From Chrysomallon squamiferum (taxonomy: Eukaryota > Animalia > Mollusca), in the NCBI GenBank assembly GCA_012295275.1, contig CM022667.1, positions 17,918,001 to 17,982,000 on the forward strand: a stretch of DNA of 64,000 bases, read 5' to 3'. Numbering within the stretch: position 1 is the stretch's first letter; each line of letters begins with the position of its first letter. The notes beneath the pieces were generated by a model, which was not told the origin of the DNA, did not search any database, and saw nothing but the letters and a program-made list of their open reading frames with translations. The translations under genes were made by a program, and so were the position numbers. Below are positions 27,560 to 42,111 of the stretch, piece after piece.

Positions 27560-27830
27560 TTTTTGCAAAGTGTTAATTACATTTATTCCACTGGCCTTCC
27601 GTTGTGTTATATTGGGTATCTCTTTTGGGTTGGTGTGAATTAAAGTACTCAGTCATTGACATATAGCTCTGTGTTGAAATGCTCTGTTCATCTTAATATC
27701 ACATCTTGACCTTGGATTCCTCTACCTTGTTTGTCTAACAATTTAATCAGTCTTTTATGATTTCTTGGTTGTACTTTCTGTTTTTGATGGTTTTGTATGT
27801 TTCTTCTAACTCTATCACTTAACTTTCACT
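27560..27830 (-). mobile_element. Decayed non-LTR retrotransposon (RTE-like LINE) ORF2 fragment
   Basis: Minus strand reads LIKLLDKQGRGIQGQDVILR*TEHFNTELY, resembling the xKDKxG...ILxRWxEYFxELY linker between endonuclease and RT in RTE-type LINEs. There is a stop at the conserved Trp. Confidence 0.55.
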
Positions 27831-28414
27831 TTTACTTTTAATACCTTTGGACCAGTAAAGATTTCGTACAATCTTTGACGTTATTTACTGCTTACGTAAT
27901 AATTTTATTTTTGATTTTTGTGTGCGTTTCTGTGTATGGTTATGAAAACTATAAAATTAAAAAAAAATAATAATAATAAATAAATTAAAATAAATTAAAT
28001 AATTGAATTTATTAGATATATTCCTTGCATTCGAGTTGGAATCCGCATGTATATGTCATGACAACTGGAAAAAAAATAAATTAATAAAGTGGAAAACACG
28101 AATTAATTAGTGTAAATCAGTAAAGAAAATTAATAATTCGGAAAATTAAAGTTACTGCAATCGTCTTTGACACTCTATTACTCGAGTGACACCAAAACAA
28201 ATTAAAACCAAAAAAAAAAAACGAGAATAATATTAATATATTTCTTCGCCAGCTGCGTTTCTCAGTAAATAATTAAGTGTTTATTACGTTAGCCGATGTT
28301 ATTTACGTAGATTTGATTTCAACCCAGTCGGAAGACTCATGTTCGCCCAGAGTAAATATAGATTAACGTCGATGAGATGATTCCTCTCTTCAACAAGGAA
28401 TTATTATTATTATT

Positions 28415-28450
<36 letters not shown>

Positions 28451-28706
28451 ATTATTATTCATGACTAATCAGTATCTTCATAAAACGATTTTAGTTTATC
28501 GGTCAATATAATGGATCATTTTCCAGTCTTTACTTAACTATAGACAATTAGATCTAACGATGCATGTGTTTGGTAAGCTTTGAATGTGTTACATCGACGT
28601 TATAAATAATTTAATCAGATTTTTAGAGGACTAGCTATTTCAAAATTGTATACATATCTTCTCCTTTTGTTTCTCCTGCTTTATTGTTAATTTGTTAATA
28701 TTACTT

Positions 28707-28743
<37 letters not shown>

Positions 28744-29348
28744 GTCAATTTCTATTCGATACATGAATATAAGGCGGGTTTTAATATTTTTAAATGGAAA
28801 GCAAGAACGTAGAAAGTGATCGGCTGCATTGCTTTCTCTTTGCTCTTTGGGCACTGTGCGTCTTGACCAACGTACTATTAGTAGTGATGATAATTATGAT
28901 TATATGTGACCGCAGACTCTAACATACTCCTAAACAAACGAAATGTCTCAAAGATCTAGAAAAACACATAAACGATTTTAAAACACTTTTGTATAGGCTG
29001 TTTATTAGACATAAGTTTCCAAAATTTTCATTTATCTGTTTATACGACTGAAAATTTATTTAAAATAGAAATTCGAAGTCGTATTGCTTCTGAGAATAAC
29101 AACATTACAAAAATTCCATTAAGCTATTCATGGAGTTTTTAAAATCTTATGACTTCTGAATTGAAATTCTTCATCCAAAGTAAAAGAAAATATAAAGGAA
29201 TTTTATTAAATCGATAAAAAGTATCCAGATATGGGCCACATATTATTAAACAAAAATTAACTGAATTATTAATAAACTTGTAAAAGTATATTTATTGTTC
29301 TCTTGACATAAATGTAGGTATATTTTTTTTCACAACATACACACAACA

Positions 29349-31886
29349 ATGATGAAAGCGAAACCCGTAATTTCAACATCGCTGTTAAGTTTGATTCTTT
29401 TCTTAAATCTAACAGACAACTCTTTATTACGACAAGATGATTTTATAGAAAACACAAATTTACGAAACAAGATTATTTCAGAGAAATATCTGATAAGAAA
29501 AGTAAATTTGAGAAGTGTTGTAGAGTGTGCGGTTGTCTGTACAAGTGATGAACTGTGCAGTACAAATATGTTTGAAGAGGATTCAGGAAACTGTTTTCTC
29601 TACAAAGATCAGATATCAGCAGGATCGGGCGACGCTCGTAACAATACATCTACAAACTACTTTACAAAATCAGGTGAGAGTTACATCTTAGTTTGGATCA
29701 AAGGTATTTTTGAATAAAGATGTTCTTTATGGTTTCTTTTATAAACGTTAACAAGAATTAAAAAAAATAATAACTGAGTTTTCTCACTTTATCAATATCG
29801 TTTTTAATATTTACGTCATAATAATTTTCAATTTTTCAGTCATATCACAGCTATATTATGTTTTTTGTTTTAATCATTATAATGATAATTATCATGGTGT
29901 TCTTTATTACATCATCATTTTTCTTAATCTATTCCAAAATTTTATTATCATTATCTTGTTCTTCTTTATCATTATCATTATTATAACCATTTTGTTTTTC
30001 TTCTTCTTTATAATTAATAACATTTTTTCATTGCTTTTTTCATCATCATCATCATCATCTCATTATTCATTTTGTCTTGTCATTTCCACCAATATCAGTT
30101 GCTTCTTTATTTTTATTAATATCATTTATTTCTTAGTTTTTGTTTCTTCTGTTTTTTATAAAATTATGAAGATTTATAATGAATGAAATTACCGAAAACG
30201 TTAAACTAAAATTTGATGTTACTGAACTAGATTTTAATAAAGCAGTCTAAAATTTAATAGTATAATTATCTTTAATGTGTTCACTACACACAGTGTTTTA
30301 AAATAAAAATAAACAAAACGAATAAAACATGAAATAATCTAGTAAATCGAGGTCACACTGACAATAATGTCAATAATATGAGATAAACATTTAACTTCGA
30401 TGAAATTTCTGTAACTTTCCATAGAAAACGGGAAGGTGAATGAAACCACAACTATAGAAACAATGAAAACAGACCATGAGAACTCTGCTATCGACAGTGC
30501 AGGTAAGAAAAGAGAAAGAAAGAAAAGGTTCAAATAGGCGTTAATGACAAATAATACAAAATTAAAGGAAAATAAGAAAGGAATAATCAAACAACTGTTC
30601 TCATATGCAAAATAAAGAAGATAAGAAAGACAAAATTGTACTGTTGTTCTGATTTATAAATAAAAGGAATAATAATTTATCAGTATTCATGGTTATATTT
30701 AAGAAGACAAGGAAAAGAATAAAGGAAAATTAAATTTCATTTTTTTAAAATAAACAATCGATAAACAAATTTCAGGAAAATTTCTATCTCTCACAAGCAG
30801 CTGACTTTATTTACACACTAAAATGGGCCTATGTTTGAGAGTGTGTGTGTGTGTGTATGTGTGTGTGTGTGTTTGTGTGTGTGTTTGTGGGTGAATATTT
30901 TCTTCTTTCCTTCATATTCTAAAAACCTTTTTTTATTTTGTTCTCTACATCTATGTTACTTTCTGTTCTGTACTCTATAAAGACTAGCTTTTTAAAGAGA
31001 TGCTCTATGAAACCACTGCTTCAGTCATCCTGATACTAGCCCATCCAGAACACTTGTTACCTAGACAGCACTGACAATACCTGAAAAAACAAATGCTTAA
31101 TGAATGAAATAACCCAAAATTATATTTTAAATAAAAATAAATATGTTTTTTTGTAAAAGCAGAAGAGGTCTTGATGGTATAATGTTATTAAATTTATATT
31201 TAAATTAAAGTATTAACAATGGACTTTAAAAAAAAAAAAAAAAAAAATTCAAGTAAAGGGCAAATGTCGATGGTTTTTAATCAAAAAGAAATACGATCCA
31301 GCTGAATGCTTATGAGATAAAAATTGAACTCTTACGAAAATTTTATTTCTATTCATAGAAAACAGAAAGGTAAATGATACCACGAGCGCAGAAACAAAAG
31401 ATATCCTGTTTATCGACGATGTAGGTAAGAATAATGATTAATGAAGACTAGTACGAAATAAAGGAAGGGATAATCAGACAAATGTTGTGCTAAACAAAAT
31501 AAAAAAGATAAGACAATTAAGAATTATATGATGATTCTGAAGTGCAACATTAAGAAGATATTAAACTATAGTTACGCAGATAAGGAAAAGAAAAAAGGAA
31601 ATTGGTTTTGTTTTTTTGAATAATCTTTAATAAATCAAAAAACAAAAGTCAGAAATATTTCTAACTCAGTTAAGAATTTATTTACACACTGAAAAGAACA
31701 TATAATTACACGTTACAACTAATCAAATAAACATTCGGGATTAATATTAAACGAATTCATATAAGTACTTTATTCTGTTCTTCATGTTCTAGAAACATTT
31801 CTTTTTCTTTTCTTTTTTGGTTTTTTGTTTGTTTGTTTATTCGATACAAATCATTTGTGTTACTTTCTATTCTTTCAACAGAATGA
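29349..31886 (+). CDS. Secreted PAN/apple-domain protein with Thr/acidic tail; exons 29349-29673, 30425-30502, 31359-31424, stop early in the exon starting 31882
   Basis: Signal peptide MMKAKPVISTSLLSLILFLNLTDNS and PAN core SVVECAVVCTSDELCSTNMFEEDSGNCFLY. Donor CAG/gtgaga is followed by two phase 1-1 exons, ENGKVNETTTIETMKTDHENSAIDSA and ENRKVNDTTSAETKDILFIDDV. The 3' end is uncertain. Confidence 0.75.
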
Positions 31887-34184
31887 CTGCCTCTCTACAA
31901 ATACTACTTCACAAAGTGATGCTTGTTGTGAACCTGTTGATTCAGTATCCTCATGTCACTCAGTAGAAAATAACGTGTTAAACAAATTAAACAACGTTGG
32001 CAATAATGGTAAAAAAAAATTTAAAATATATTTGTTCAGATATTAGATTGTTTTATGTATTTTGTTGTCATGAAAAAAAAATATAAATTTTAAAAACAAA
32101 ATCCCTATAGTTTTATTTGTCAGCATAAACATTTTTTTAAATATTTTAGTGACTTATACATGACAATTCAGTCTGTTTCTTTTCTTCATTACTATTTTTT
32201 TCATACACAATTTAATACAGTGATAGTAACACCTTTAATTATGCATCTGAGTTTGAAGCGACGGTGATAATGATTTTATATCATACAGATGATGATACTA
32301 GTGGGCTGATATTGAAAACCACAATAAAAGAGAAACATATTGGCAGACAGCGGTACAAAGTGAGAGAGAGAATATTTGTTTGTTTGTTTGTTTGTTTATT
32401 ACAAGTGTCACATAATTTATTGTTAATTTTCTTCTCATTTTAACTTTTTGATGGTATTTCCCTAGCACTTCATATTCTCTCCTGATTCTCCAAACGGTCA
32501 ATTTATTTCGCTCAAAACATGCACAGTTAGCGAATAGCCTCTGTCAACTCAGCAAATCAGTCACAAATGTTGAAAAAGATGGCAAAACCAACTGTCGAAG
32601 TTTACAAATTTCTTTCGAAAACAGATTAGTAAGAAAAGTTAATGAATTCATTCAATCACATAAAGTTTCAGTATAACTAAAATGTTACACTGGATTTCCT
32701 AAACGACAGGAAAATTCCTTTTATTTAAGAAATCGCGCGTAATGTTTCTGTTATGCTGATCTTTCATTCTCGAAAACGGTCGCAACATCGACGTTACGAA
32801 TTACAATAATTTATGTATCTTATCAGTGGTTATTTAAAAAGATGTATAATCGTATCGTATTTCATTATTCAGTATTAACAGTAATGTTGCTGGCTTTACA
32901 ATTTTTTATAGAGAAATAATAACCATTGTTTCCTGTTCTATAAAGGTCAGTATTTAATGTTTTTAAAGTATCGGCTTCATAAAAATAATCGAAAGGGAGA
33001 AGAGGTAGCAAGATAGGTTAAGATGACAGCCTACTACTGTGAGCTATCGTTAGCTCTAGGACCATGTGACATGACCATATATGGCAACTGCTGACTAGAA
33101 TTTATTGGGGAACAATTTAATTTGTCTACTGTAAAAAAAATTAAGATATTAAATATTAAAGATGAGACAATAATTATATTTTACTTGTGGACTTTCATTT
33201 ATTTTGAATATACTAACGCACAGTTTATTAAATGTGTTGGCAAGACTTTAAGTAACAGTGGTTACAATTTATAATAATCTGTATCAGTTTTCACTGGAAA
33301 TAGATACAAAAATCAACGTGACTGATGCACAGGGTATTTTCTCAGTAAACGAAGCTGATGCATATTCATTATTTCTGTTCAGATGGCGACATCGGTTGTA
33401 TGACATCACTACTTACAATTTAGCACGTTTTATATTTATATGTAATTGTTAATTTACTTGTGCTGGTGTTGTAACTTCGTTATTATTTTCTTTATATAAC
33501 CAAATATTAATAATAATTACAGGAAGTTGATATATATATATGTATTTAAAAGGCTTATTGTTCGGTTGTTATTAATATATAAATAATTTTTATAGAGACT
33601 TTTATACAAAGTAATTGGTCCTGGTGAAAGTAAGTGGTAGAAATGATTAAGTGATTATTTTATGATCACTTATTGTATACTGATAGATTATTTCATTAGT
33701 ATCAGACTGAGTGGGACTATATTAATGGCATTACAAGTTTATTATTTTGTTAGTTCTGCTTGAACATATGATAATGATATCATGTAATAATATGATTATG
33801 GAAAGTTGAACAATAGCAGTTTTATTCATAGATAACTCCTTACGGAAGAACAAACAGTTGATATTAATATTTATAATCATATTCATATTATTGCTATTGA
33901 TGTTTTTGTTGCTTTTGTTGTTCTTGTTGATGCTGCTGCTGCTGCTGCTGCTGTTGTTGCTGTTGTTTATTTCATCATCATCGTGACTTTTAAGAATAAA
34001 ATAGTAACCGTATTTACAGTGAGAAATGCATCAACCAAAACGAAGAATGTTAAATACAATATTTCTATTCCTTTCAGTCTTTGCTATGTACGTTTGATTA
34101 GCATGTACAAATATTTTTCGGTAAAGAACTGCCACAGGAGGACAAATTCAAATGACAACCTCACAAACAACATATGACGCTGAC

Positions 34185-34240
34185 AAGATCCGAAACCCGT
34201 ACTGTGGCGGCAGGCGAATACACCAGTGAACCTCCGAAAC
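34185..34240 (-). mobile_element. Possible degenerate tRNA-derived SINE head
   Basis: GC-rich patch with A-box-like GGTTCACTGGT and B-box-like GGGTTTCGGATC on the minus strand. It does not fold as a tRNA. Confidence 0.25.
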
Positions 34241-35050
34241 AGACAACCTTAAACACCGCGAGGAGATGACAACAGCAGGCTTTCTTTTCATATCATCATT
34301 GGACAGAGAAAATAACACCAGATTTGTTAGCCTTTATTATAGAAAGTTTGTAAACCATACATTAATGATATTTTAGGTATTATGCATTTTGAAAGTGAAT
34401 ATGATGATAAGTGATAACTTATGAACACTATGAAATTTTCAAGAGTAGTTCACATAAAGGCCATTGTTTTTCAATCTCATGTCTGCAAAAAAAAAAACAC
34501 CAATAAAACAATAAATTCGAGGTTTATTTGTTAAACATAAGGCAGAATCTTTTAAGCGTATTCGACCGTTTTTGTTTTTTACGATTTTTTCTAACATTCA
34601 TTTGTTATTTTTACCTATTTCCATGTTTCGCTTTATTGTAAGATTTTCAAATTACGTCTTAATAAAAAAATAAAAATCCCCCTAACTAAATAACTGATAT
34701 TTAAAATCTCTTCCTTGGTTTAAACATATAGTAAATTAGCATAACATAGGTAATTCGCCTTTTCTGATAAAAGTGCCCCTAGTGGCCGTTAACATTGATA
34801 TTCTAAACTGAAACAAATGTAACAAATCTCTCTCTGTTCAGTTCCCCTGTTCAAACAAACTTTCTACAAGTTAACATCACACCTCAGGAAGCTAGTAATA
34901 TATTCGTAAACGCAGATCTCATTTGATCTACCGAAATAAGTGACAATTTTCCAACCTGTCCTCCTTTAATGAGCAATATTTCAAAAGTGGCCTTGTTGTT
35001 CATTTGACATCGGATCTCGAAAACAGCGAACAGGGCAGTATGTAGGTGTC

Positions 35051-35080
35051 TGTGTGTGTGTGTGTGTATTTGTGTGTGAG

Positions 35081-35131
<51 letters not shown>

Positions 35132-35400
35132 GAGCTTATTTACAAACTGAAAAGGAGGTAAGCCCTTTTGGACTATTAATAAACTTACTACAGATAACAT
35201 AGACAGATGGGCAGAGACATACAGACAGACAGACAGATAGGTAGAGAGATACATTTATTGATTGTTTGATTGATATAGACAAACAGACAGACAGACAGAC
35301 AGACGGACAGACAGATAGACAGATAGATAGATAGATAGATAGACAGATAAATATATAGGTATATATATATACATATATATATAATAAATGCATACACAGA
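35051..35400. repeat. Compound (GT)n, (AGAC)n, (AGAT)n, (AT)n microsatellites
   Basis: Directly visible. Confidence 0.9.
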
Positions 35401-35584
35401 TATGATAGATCAGACTGGATATATAGATATAATTTTATAACCGTTACTATTCAGTTAATTTAACTGGATTGTCTTTTCCACTGCCAAACGGTTACTCTGT
35501 CGATGTTGATTCGTGAATTCATAAGTATAAAAAAACACGTTTAACGACATTACCACATAAAAGGGGAGTATATTTATCGCAGAG

Positions 35585-35985
35585 TTAAATACATCTTAAA
35601 ATAAAGTCATTAATTTGTTTGGTGTAATAGATTCTAGGTAAATTACATTTTTCAAGGCATCCAGCTGAAATGTTATCGTTGTAGAGAAAACAGTTACCTG
35701 AATCCTCTTCAAACACGTTTGTACTGCACAGTTCATCACTTGTACAGACAACCGCACACTCTACAACACTTCTCAACTTTACTTTTCTTATCAGATATTT
35801 CTCTGAAATCATCTTGTTTCGTAAATTTGTGTTCTCTATACAATCATTTTGTCGTATCAGAGTATTTACATTTATGCCTATAGTACTGTCTACTGGCAAT
35901 ACTAACATAATAACCACAAAGGTAGAAATGAAGAGTTTGGTTTCTGAAATTGTCCTGCGAAGTCCGAAAAATATTTGAAGTTCAT
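35585..35985 (-). CDS. Second PAN/apple-domain gene, single exon; upstream ATG is out of frame by 1 nt (possible pseudogene or assembly indel)
   Basis: PAN core nearly identical to the gene at 29349. Hydrophobic leader KLFISTFVVIMLVLPVDS is in frame. The ATG at 35985 is 68 nt from the in-frame GTG at 35917. A downstream in-frame ATG exists at 35908. Confidence 0.7.
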
Positions 35986-36020
35986 TTTAAAGATTTGCGT
36001 TGCAGATTAATTGGTTGTTA

Positions 36021-36052
<32 letters not shown>

Positions 36053-37374
36053 CTTCTGGTTTAATTAATTATTTATGTGGAATTATTTTAATAACAGTCA
36101 ATATTTAAGTGGTTTTAACATTTATTTATTTTAATTTTGTTTAGTGTTTTACATATACACACAATACACACTATATACGTATATAGCTTCCGGTCTAATT
36201 AATGATTAAAGTGACATTCTTTGAACAACAGATTATATTTACGTTGTCCTAACATTTATTTCTTAGCCTGTTGTGTTATACACTGGCAGATTCACTGGCG
36301 ATCTCCATCTTTCACTGAAACAATTAACTGAATTTCGTATGAAAGATTATAATTTGAACAATTTTCCTTCCTTGCTTGTTAATAGATTTTTTTCTCATTC
36401 TTAACCTGAGCAGAAAAGGTATCGAAAATATGCCAGTTTTAAGTGAATGTCATTCAATATTAAAAGAAATGCTAGACATTCCGCGAATTTTAAAATAAGT
36501 TGTGATTAGTAAAATAAATGAATCCGTCTCAAACTAATTTATTGAAAAATAGACAGTGGTGCTGTCATGTAGGGACCGAGCAAAAGTGTCCGTACATTGC
36601 AGGCATAAAAATTACAGACAATGTTTTTGAACACATTTACAATCTTCATTCACATACACGAAACATAAATCAGTGTGTCACTGCAAGCACGATGGATTTC
36701 TCCTAAAACACAATTGCAATCGAGTTCATTGATGGATGCCCCAAAAAACATAGTCAGCATGTCATAAAACTCACAATAAGCATAAGTTATATTTATGTTT
36801 TAAAAAATCTTCCTTCTAAGACCCATACAGAGCTCAGATCTGGACCATCGTTTCGACCTCAAACGTCCACTATCAGGCGATTTTTATAAAATATAAATAT
36901 ACATGGAATGATGTTGAATTACTTAATTATCAAAATTATGTATCAAATGGGTTGAACTCGTATGCTTGCGCGTTCAGTAGGTGTCTCCTGATCTAAGGGA
37001 CATAGCCACCGAAAAACAATCCGGACTCAGAAGTGTCCGTAAATCGTAGGTGGATGGTCATTACAGGGGCCGCTGAAGACAGGTGCCACTGAATATTGCG
37101 CCCTGAATATAGCTATAAAGAGTATCTCTATGTTACGAGTTTGAGTTTAGCTAAAGGACTGGTTTAAACGATTTTCCATTACAGAGTTTTTGTTAACTAC
37201 TGCAGCACTGATATACACTCCTGGGTATCTGTTAGTTTATATACCGGTTGTGTACTGTATAATCTATCTCTAAAATGGTTACTTGTGTGATCGGTTTACG
37301 TCTGGATAATGTATGCATTTATATTATCGCTCTGTGCGTGTTCGTACGTATATTCGTGTTTGTATTATACGTTT

Positions 37375-37583
37375 GTATGTATATGCGCGTATGTATATAT
37401 ATATATTAGTATGTACATGTATATAAATATGTTTATAGGTAAGAATGTAGATATATAATTATAATATATATATATATATATGTATGTAAGTATGTATATA
37501 CATATATACGTATACATATATATATGTATGTATGTATGTATACATATACATACATATATACATATATATATGTATATGTATAC

Positions 37584-37615
<32 letters not shown>

Positions 37616-37720
37616 GTATACATACATATATATATATATGTATATGTATACATACATACATCTATATATATATATATATCTGTATCTGTACGTGAGTGAA
37701 TATATTTATATATACTGTAT
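37375..37720. repeat. Complex (AT)/(ATAC)/(ATGT) microsatellite field
   Basis: Directly visible; generates several spurious Tyr/Ile ORFs. Confidence 0.93.
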
Positions 37721-37828
37721 GCATGTACAGTGTATAATTTTATGGATATACAAATACATATATCTATAGATCTGTGTATGTGTATGTGTCTTGTCTATAT
37801 TGCGGGGTTAAGCTACACATTGATACTT

Positions 37829-39260
37829 TCAGGTAGAAACTTCGTTATCAACTCCTTTATCGAAGGTTTCTTCATTTTTGTCACTGACACTGTTATTTCT
37901 TTGTTCATTAAGTTGAACGGCCGTCATCACATCTGTTCTGTCTTCGCACTTTCTGTCATCTTTTATGTTCTGAAAATATTTGTTTTCCTCGTTTTCTTCA
38001 TTATTTTCCTTTGTGAATTCTGGAAGACCGTTTTTGTCTGTAGTGTTCAGAAGACCATTCTTGTTATCACAGGTTTTCTCTTTCAAATGATGAATACCAT
38101 CTTTGTCTGTAGCTGCTTCCTGAATACCATTTCCTTCACCATCTTTGTCTGTGTCTTTAGAAACACCTTCTTTATTCCCTTCTCCATCTCTGCCTTTCAT
38201 GCTTTTATCGAATGCTGAACTGGAATTTCTTTCTCTCGAAATGATACCCTCATTCTCTACAGGTGCCTTGAAGCATTCGGAAGCCCAAAAGCCAGAAACG
38301 CCTTCATGTGACGTAAGAAATCCCTCGCGGTTCTGACTCTTGTTACTTCCAGCAGAACTCTGCAATAGAAGTTTCAAAAATAAAACAGAAATAAATAATA
38401 ATAATAACCACAAATACTTGATCGTTTCATGCACAGTTTAGTAACACCTACGTTCATGAAAAAATAATAGTTATAGCTTCGTGTTTTTCTGTGTAGTTAT
38501 ACTTTGTACAAGAGGTTTGGTTTTATCAAATATACAGGTTTCTATAATTATTTGTGTCTGGCGAATTCTGGGATCTATGATTTTAAGTAAAATGTAAATT
38601 ACATAATTTGAATTTACAACGTAAAATAAATAAATAAGTATATATATATATATATATATATATAAAGATTATAATACTGAACATAAATATGTATTAGTAT
38701 TATGCTATTCCTGCTACATTAAGTTTATATTGCTAATAAATGTCAGATATCAGTGGAACATAGATAGGTAGATAGAGTCAGACAGACAGATAGTCACACA
38801 GACAGACAGGTAGGTAGGTAGGCAGATAGATAGATAGATAGATAGATAGATACAGAGATAGGTAGAGGGTTAAGTGAATGTAACACAATGTACATACCCG
38901 TTTGTATGTTCTAGAGGAGCTAAAATAAACAAATATTTACTAATTTATAATTATGTAATAAATAAGCAAACACATATAAGTGCACACATAAAAAATACAA
39001 ATACAATGTATATGTATGTGTCTGTATGTGTTTCTAGTATGTGATGTATTACAGACATTATAGTTATATTCAGAAATAAAGATTATGAGAGACAGACAGA
39101 GAGAAAGAGAGTCAGTGTACATACTGTTCAATGAAAAATTATCAGATATAAAGAATCACATATCACTCTATTCATACTAATTCGACAAAAGTCAGATATC
39201 CATAGACACTTTATATTTCTTTGTAATGATTCTGAGCGTTAAATCCTTTGTTGTTGCGTT

Positions 39261-39354
<94 letters not shown>

Positions 39355-42076
39355 AAATAAAAAGATGAAAACAGAAAAAGTGGAGGAAGTAACGAATAGG
39401 TTACAAGTACATGATCCAGTACATGAAGAAAAAAACCGGAAATGTTTTCCAAAGAAAATAATGTGTAAGCAACCTGTCTTTTCTGTATGCTGCTTGCGAC
39501 GTTCGAGACAGTTCTCTCAGTTTACTCATTTCTTCGTCGTCAACGTGATATCGTGGTTTCAGTGAGATTTTCGCTCCATTCATTACATACTTAGAGTCTA
39601 CTCTGTGTTTCATCTAAAAGAATTAAAATCAGCACTAAAACAATGTTTTGTTTGCAAATGTCTATCTACGTATTTGTATATTTTTCTATATGTCTGTATA
39701 TCTGTATATCAGTCTGTCTGTCATATATATATATATATATATATATATACCTACCTATATGCATATCTATCTAATCTATCTATATGTCTATATAACTATT
39801 TACTTATTTATCTTTTGTGTCTATCTAAGTCTGATACATGTTCCTGTATCTATACTTATACATCTAACTGGCTACGTATATCTCTGTCAATACGTTTCTG
39901 TATGATTTCACACAACTCAGATGTATTTCAATATGACACACCTATCAGGTAACTTACCTGTAAGTTTTTCTTCATTGTTCGACATTTGTTCAGGTCGTTT
40001 CTCTCTTTCTCCAGTCTGAGAGCTTGAAAACTCGAATTCCATCTTCCTCGTCCTCTGTCCTCTGTCTCGCTGTCTCCTTCAGCCATGTTAGTGTTCTGTC
40101 GATTAAAAACAGCACTTGTATACAACAGAGAAATATACATTTGTTATCAAAATTACTGTTCTGGAGATTTGCGCAAACACATATTCAAATATCTACCTAC
40201 ATATGAGTGTGTATATGTATGTTTGTATATATGTATGTTATGTACGTATAGAGAGAGAGTAAACAGAAAGGAAGTTGATAGATAAATACATGTATATGTT
40301 TAGATAGATAACAAGACAGGCAGACAGACAGCGAGACACATAATCATAGAGAAAGACAGAGAGATAGATAGACACATAATCATACAGAAAGACAGAGAGA
40401 TAGATAGACACATAAGTATACAGACAGACAGAGAAATAGATAGACACATAATCATACAGTCAGAAAGATAGACAGACACATAATCATACAGAAAGGAGAC
40501 AGGTAATTGACAGATATACAGACACAAACAGATACACACGTATGCTACTCACCAAATATTTACCGAATGGACCTTTAGCTGGCGAATTCTTGAACGAGTG
40601 AGGCAGTAATGAATTCTTCGCAATACAGACATCTGATGTTCCTAACCCTGTTATCATGCACCTCTCCGCAGTCACACTGAAAACAACAGAAATAATTATG
40701 TGTATACATATTATTCTTAATTGTTTTTAGTTTCACGCATCCTATTAATATATATGTATATATGTATGAGTGTATGTATGTATGTATGTATGTTATGTAT
40801 GTATGTATGTATGTATGTTACGTATGTATGTATGTATGTATGTATGTATGTATATATGTATGTATGTCCTTATTTAACTATGCGTAAACACAACCTACCA
40901 AATATATTTGTGTAAATTAAAAATAAAAACAAATTTGGAATACTTTAAAATGCACTACAACCTATATTTTTACAGATGTTATAAGATAATGAACGAACGC
41001 AGTACTAGTATATATTTTACAGATCACGGTTTACCGCACAAACAACAATAACTAGTGAAGGTCAAGTTATCGTTATAATTATTATTTCTAACGTCACACC
41101 TGATTTCTCACCTGTAAATAGATCACATGAACTGACAGGAAACATAATAAAAGTGTTTTCTAGAAACAGCACAATACCTGGACAGGTAGACAGGCTTGAA
41201 TATAATTTACTTTATTTGTAAATTAATGTTCGAGTTTAATATATTTCTATTTATAATTTATGGTTGCGTATTATACCAGATACTGACTGACTGAATAATT
41301 GATTCTTTGATTCATTCAATAATTGATATATTTTAAAATTTATTTATTCATTTATTTAATTAGTTAGTTAGTAAGGTATCCTTTTCGAAATTACGTGCTG
41401 TAATACTGTATATAAAAAAAAGTTTTACAATATTTATCCTCTGTTTTTCTGATGTGCTATTTTCCCATTATAACCAGCGCCTCACCCGCAGGCCTAATAA
41501 TAAACACTTACTATAAGTGAAAACGTTTAGTTTGCGTCCTCTAAAAACTATGTATGTATCAGAAATATTATTTTACATACCATAACTGATGGCAGAAAAT
41601 TTGTAATTAGATTTGACATCCTATAGTACATGAAACTGTATCCATTTTGTTCTAAAGACGTTAAACAAAAACCAAATTTCTTCCTATGTTTACAAAACTC
41701 ACCAAATTATAGCCGAATTTTCTCCGCTTTAGTTTTTTTTTCTTTTCTTTTCTTCTGTGGTGTCGTAAAATATTAATCTATTCAGCCAAACTGACCGCGA
41801 TATCTAACTGAACTATAGGACTATAGTACATATGATAAAAAAAATAAAATGTGGATATCAATACTGCATTCCGTGTACGTCTATATAGTATCGGTTTGTT
41901 CATTATCATTTCCATATGAATAACTTCATGCAGTAATGTACTTGTAATGTCACACTGTGACATAAACAGATGTATGTAATTCTCGCTTCTTTGACGTAAA
42001 CAAAAAAAATCGTGTGTATATATACTTGCCATTGGCAACTCATGTAGGAACAGTTTTAAATACGAGTATTCTAAAC

Positions 42077-42111
<35 letters not shown>

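Noticed and set aside
33075-33084. Perfect CArG box CCATATATGG
   Set aside because: Single short motif with no supporting context.
36845-37110. Hammerhead ribozyme or Penelope-terminus-like motifs (minus CTGATAG...GTCGAAAC at about 36849-36877; plus CTGAAGACAG...CTGAAT at about 37073-37095)
   Set aside because: Core nucleotides deviate from CUGANGA...GAAA, and convincing stems I and III could not be built.
37365-37769. Cluster of Tyr/Ile/Met-rich ORFs; likewise ORFs at 35000-35397, 39192-39565, 40238-40915 and 43455-44307
   Set aside because: Translations of micro- and minisatellites.
38360-38434. Apparent signal peptide MHETIKYLWLLLLFISVLFLKLLLQ on the 201-aa ORF
   Set aside because: The hydrophobic stretch is T-rich sequence ending in TTGCAG and is more simply an intron acceptor tract. 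A stand-alone secreted protein cannot be fully excluded.
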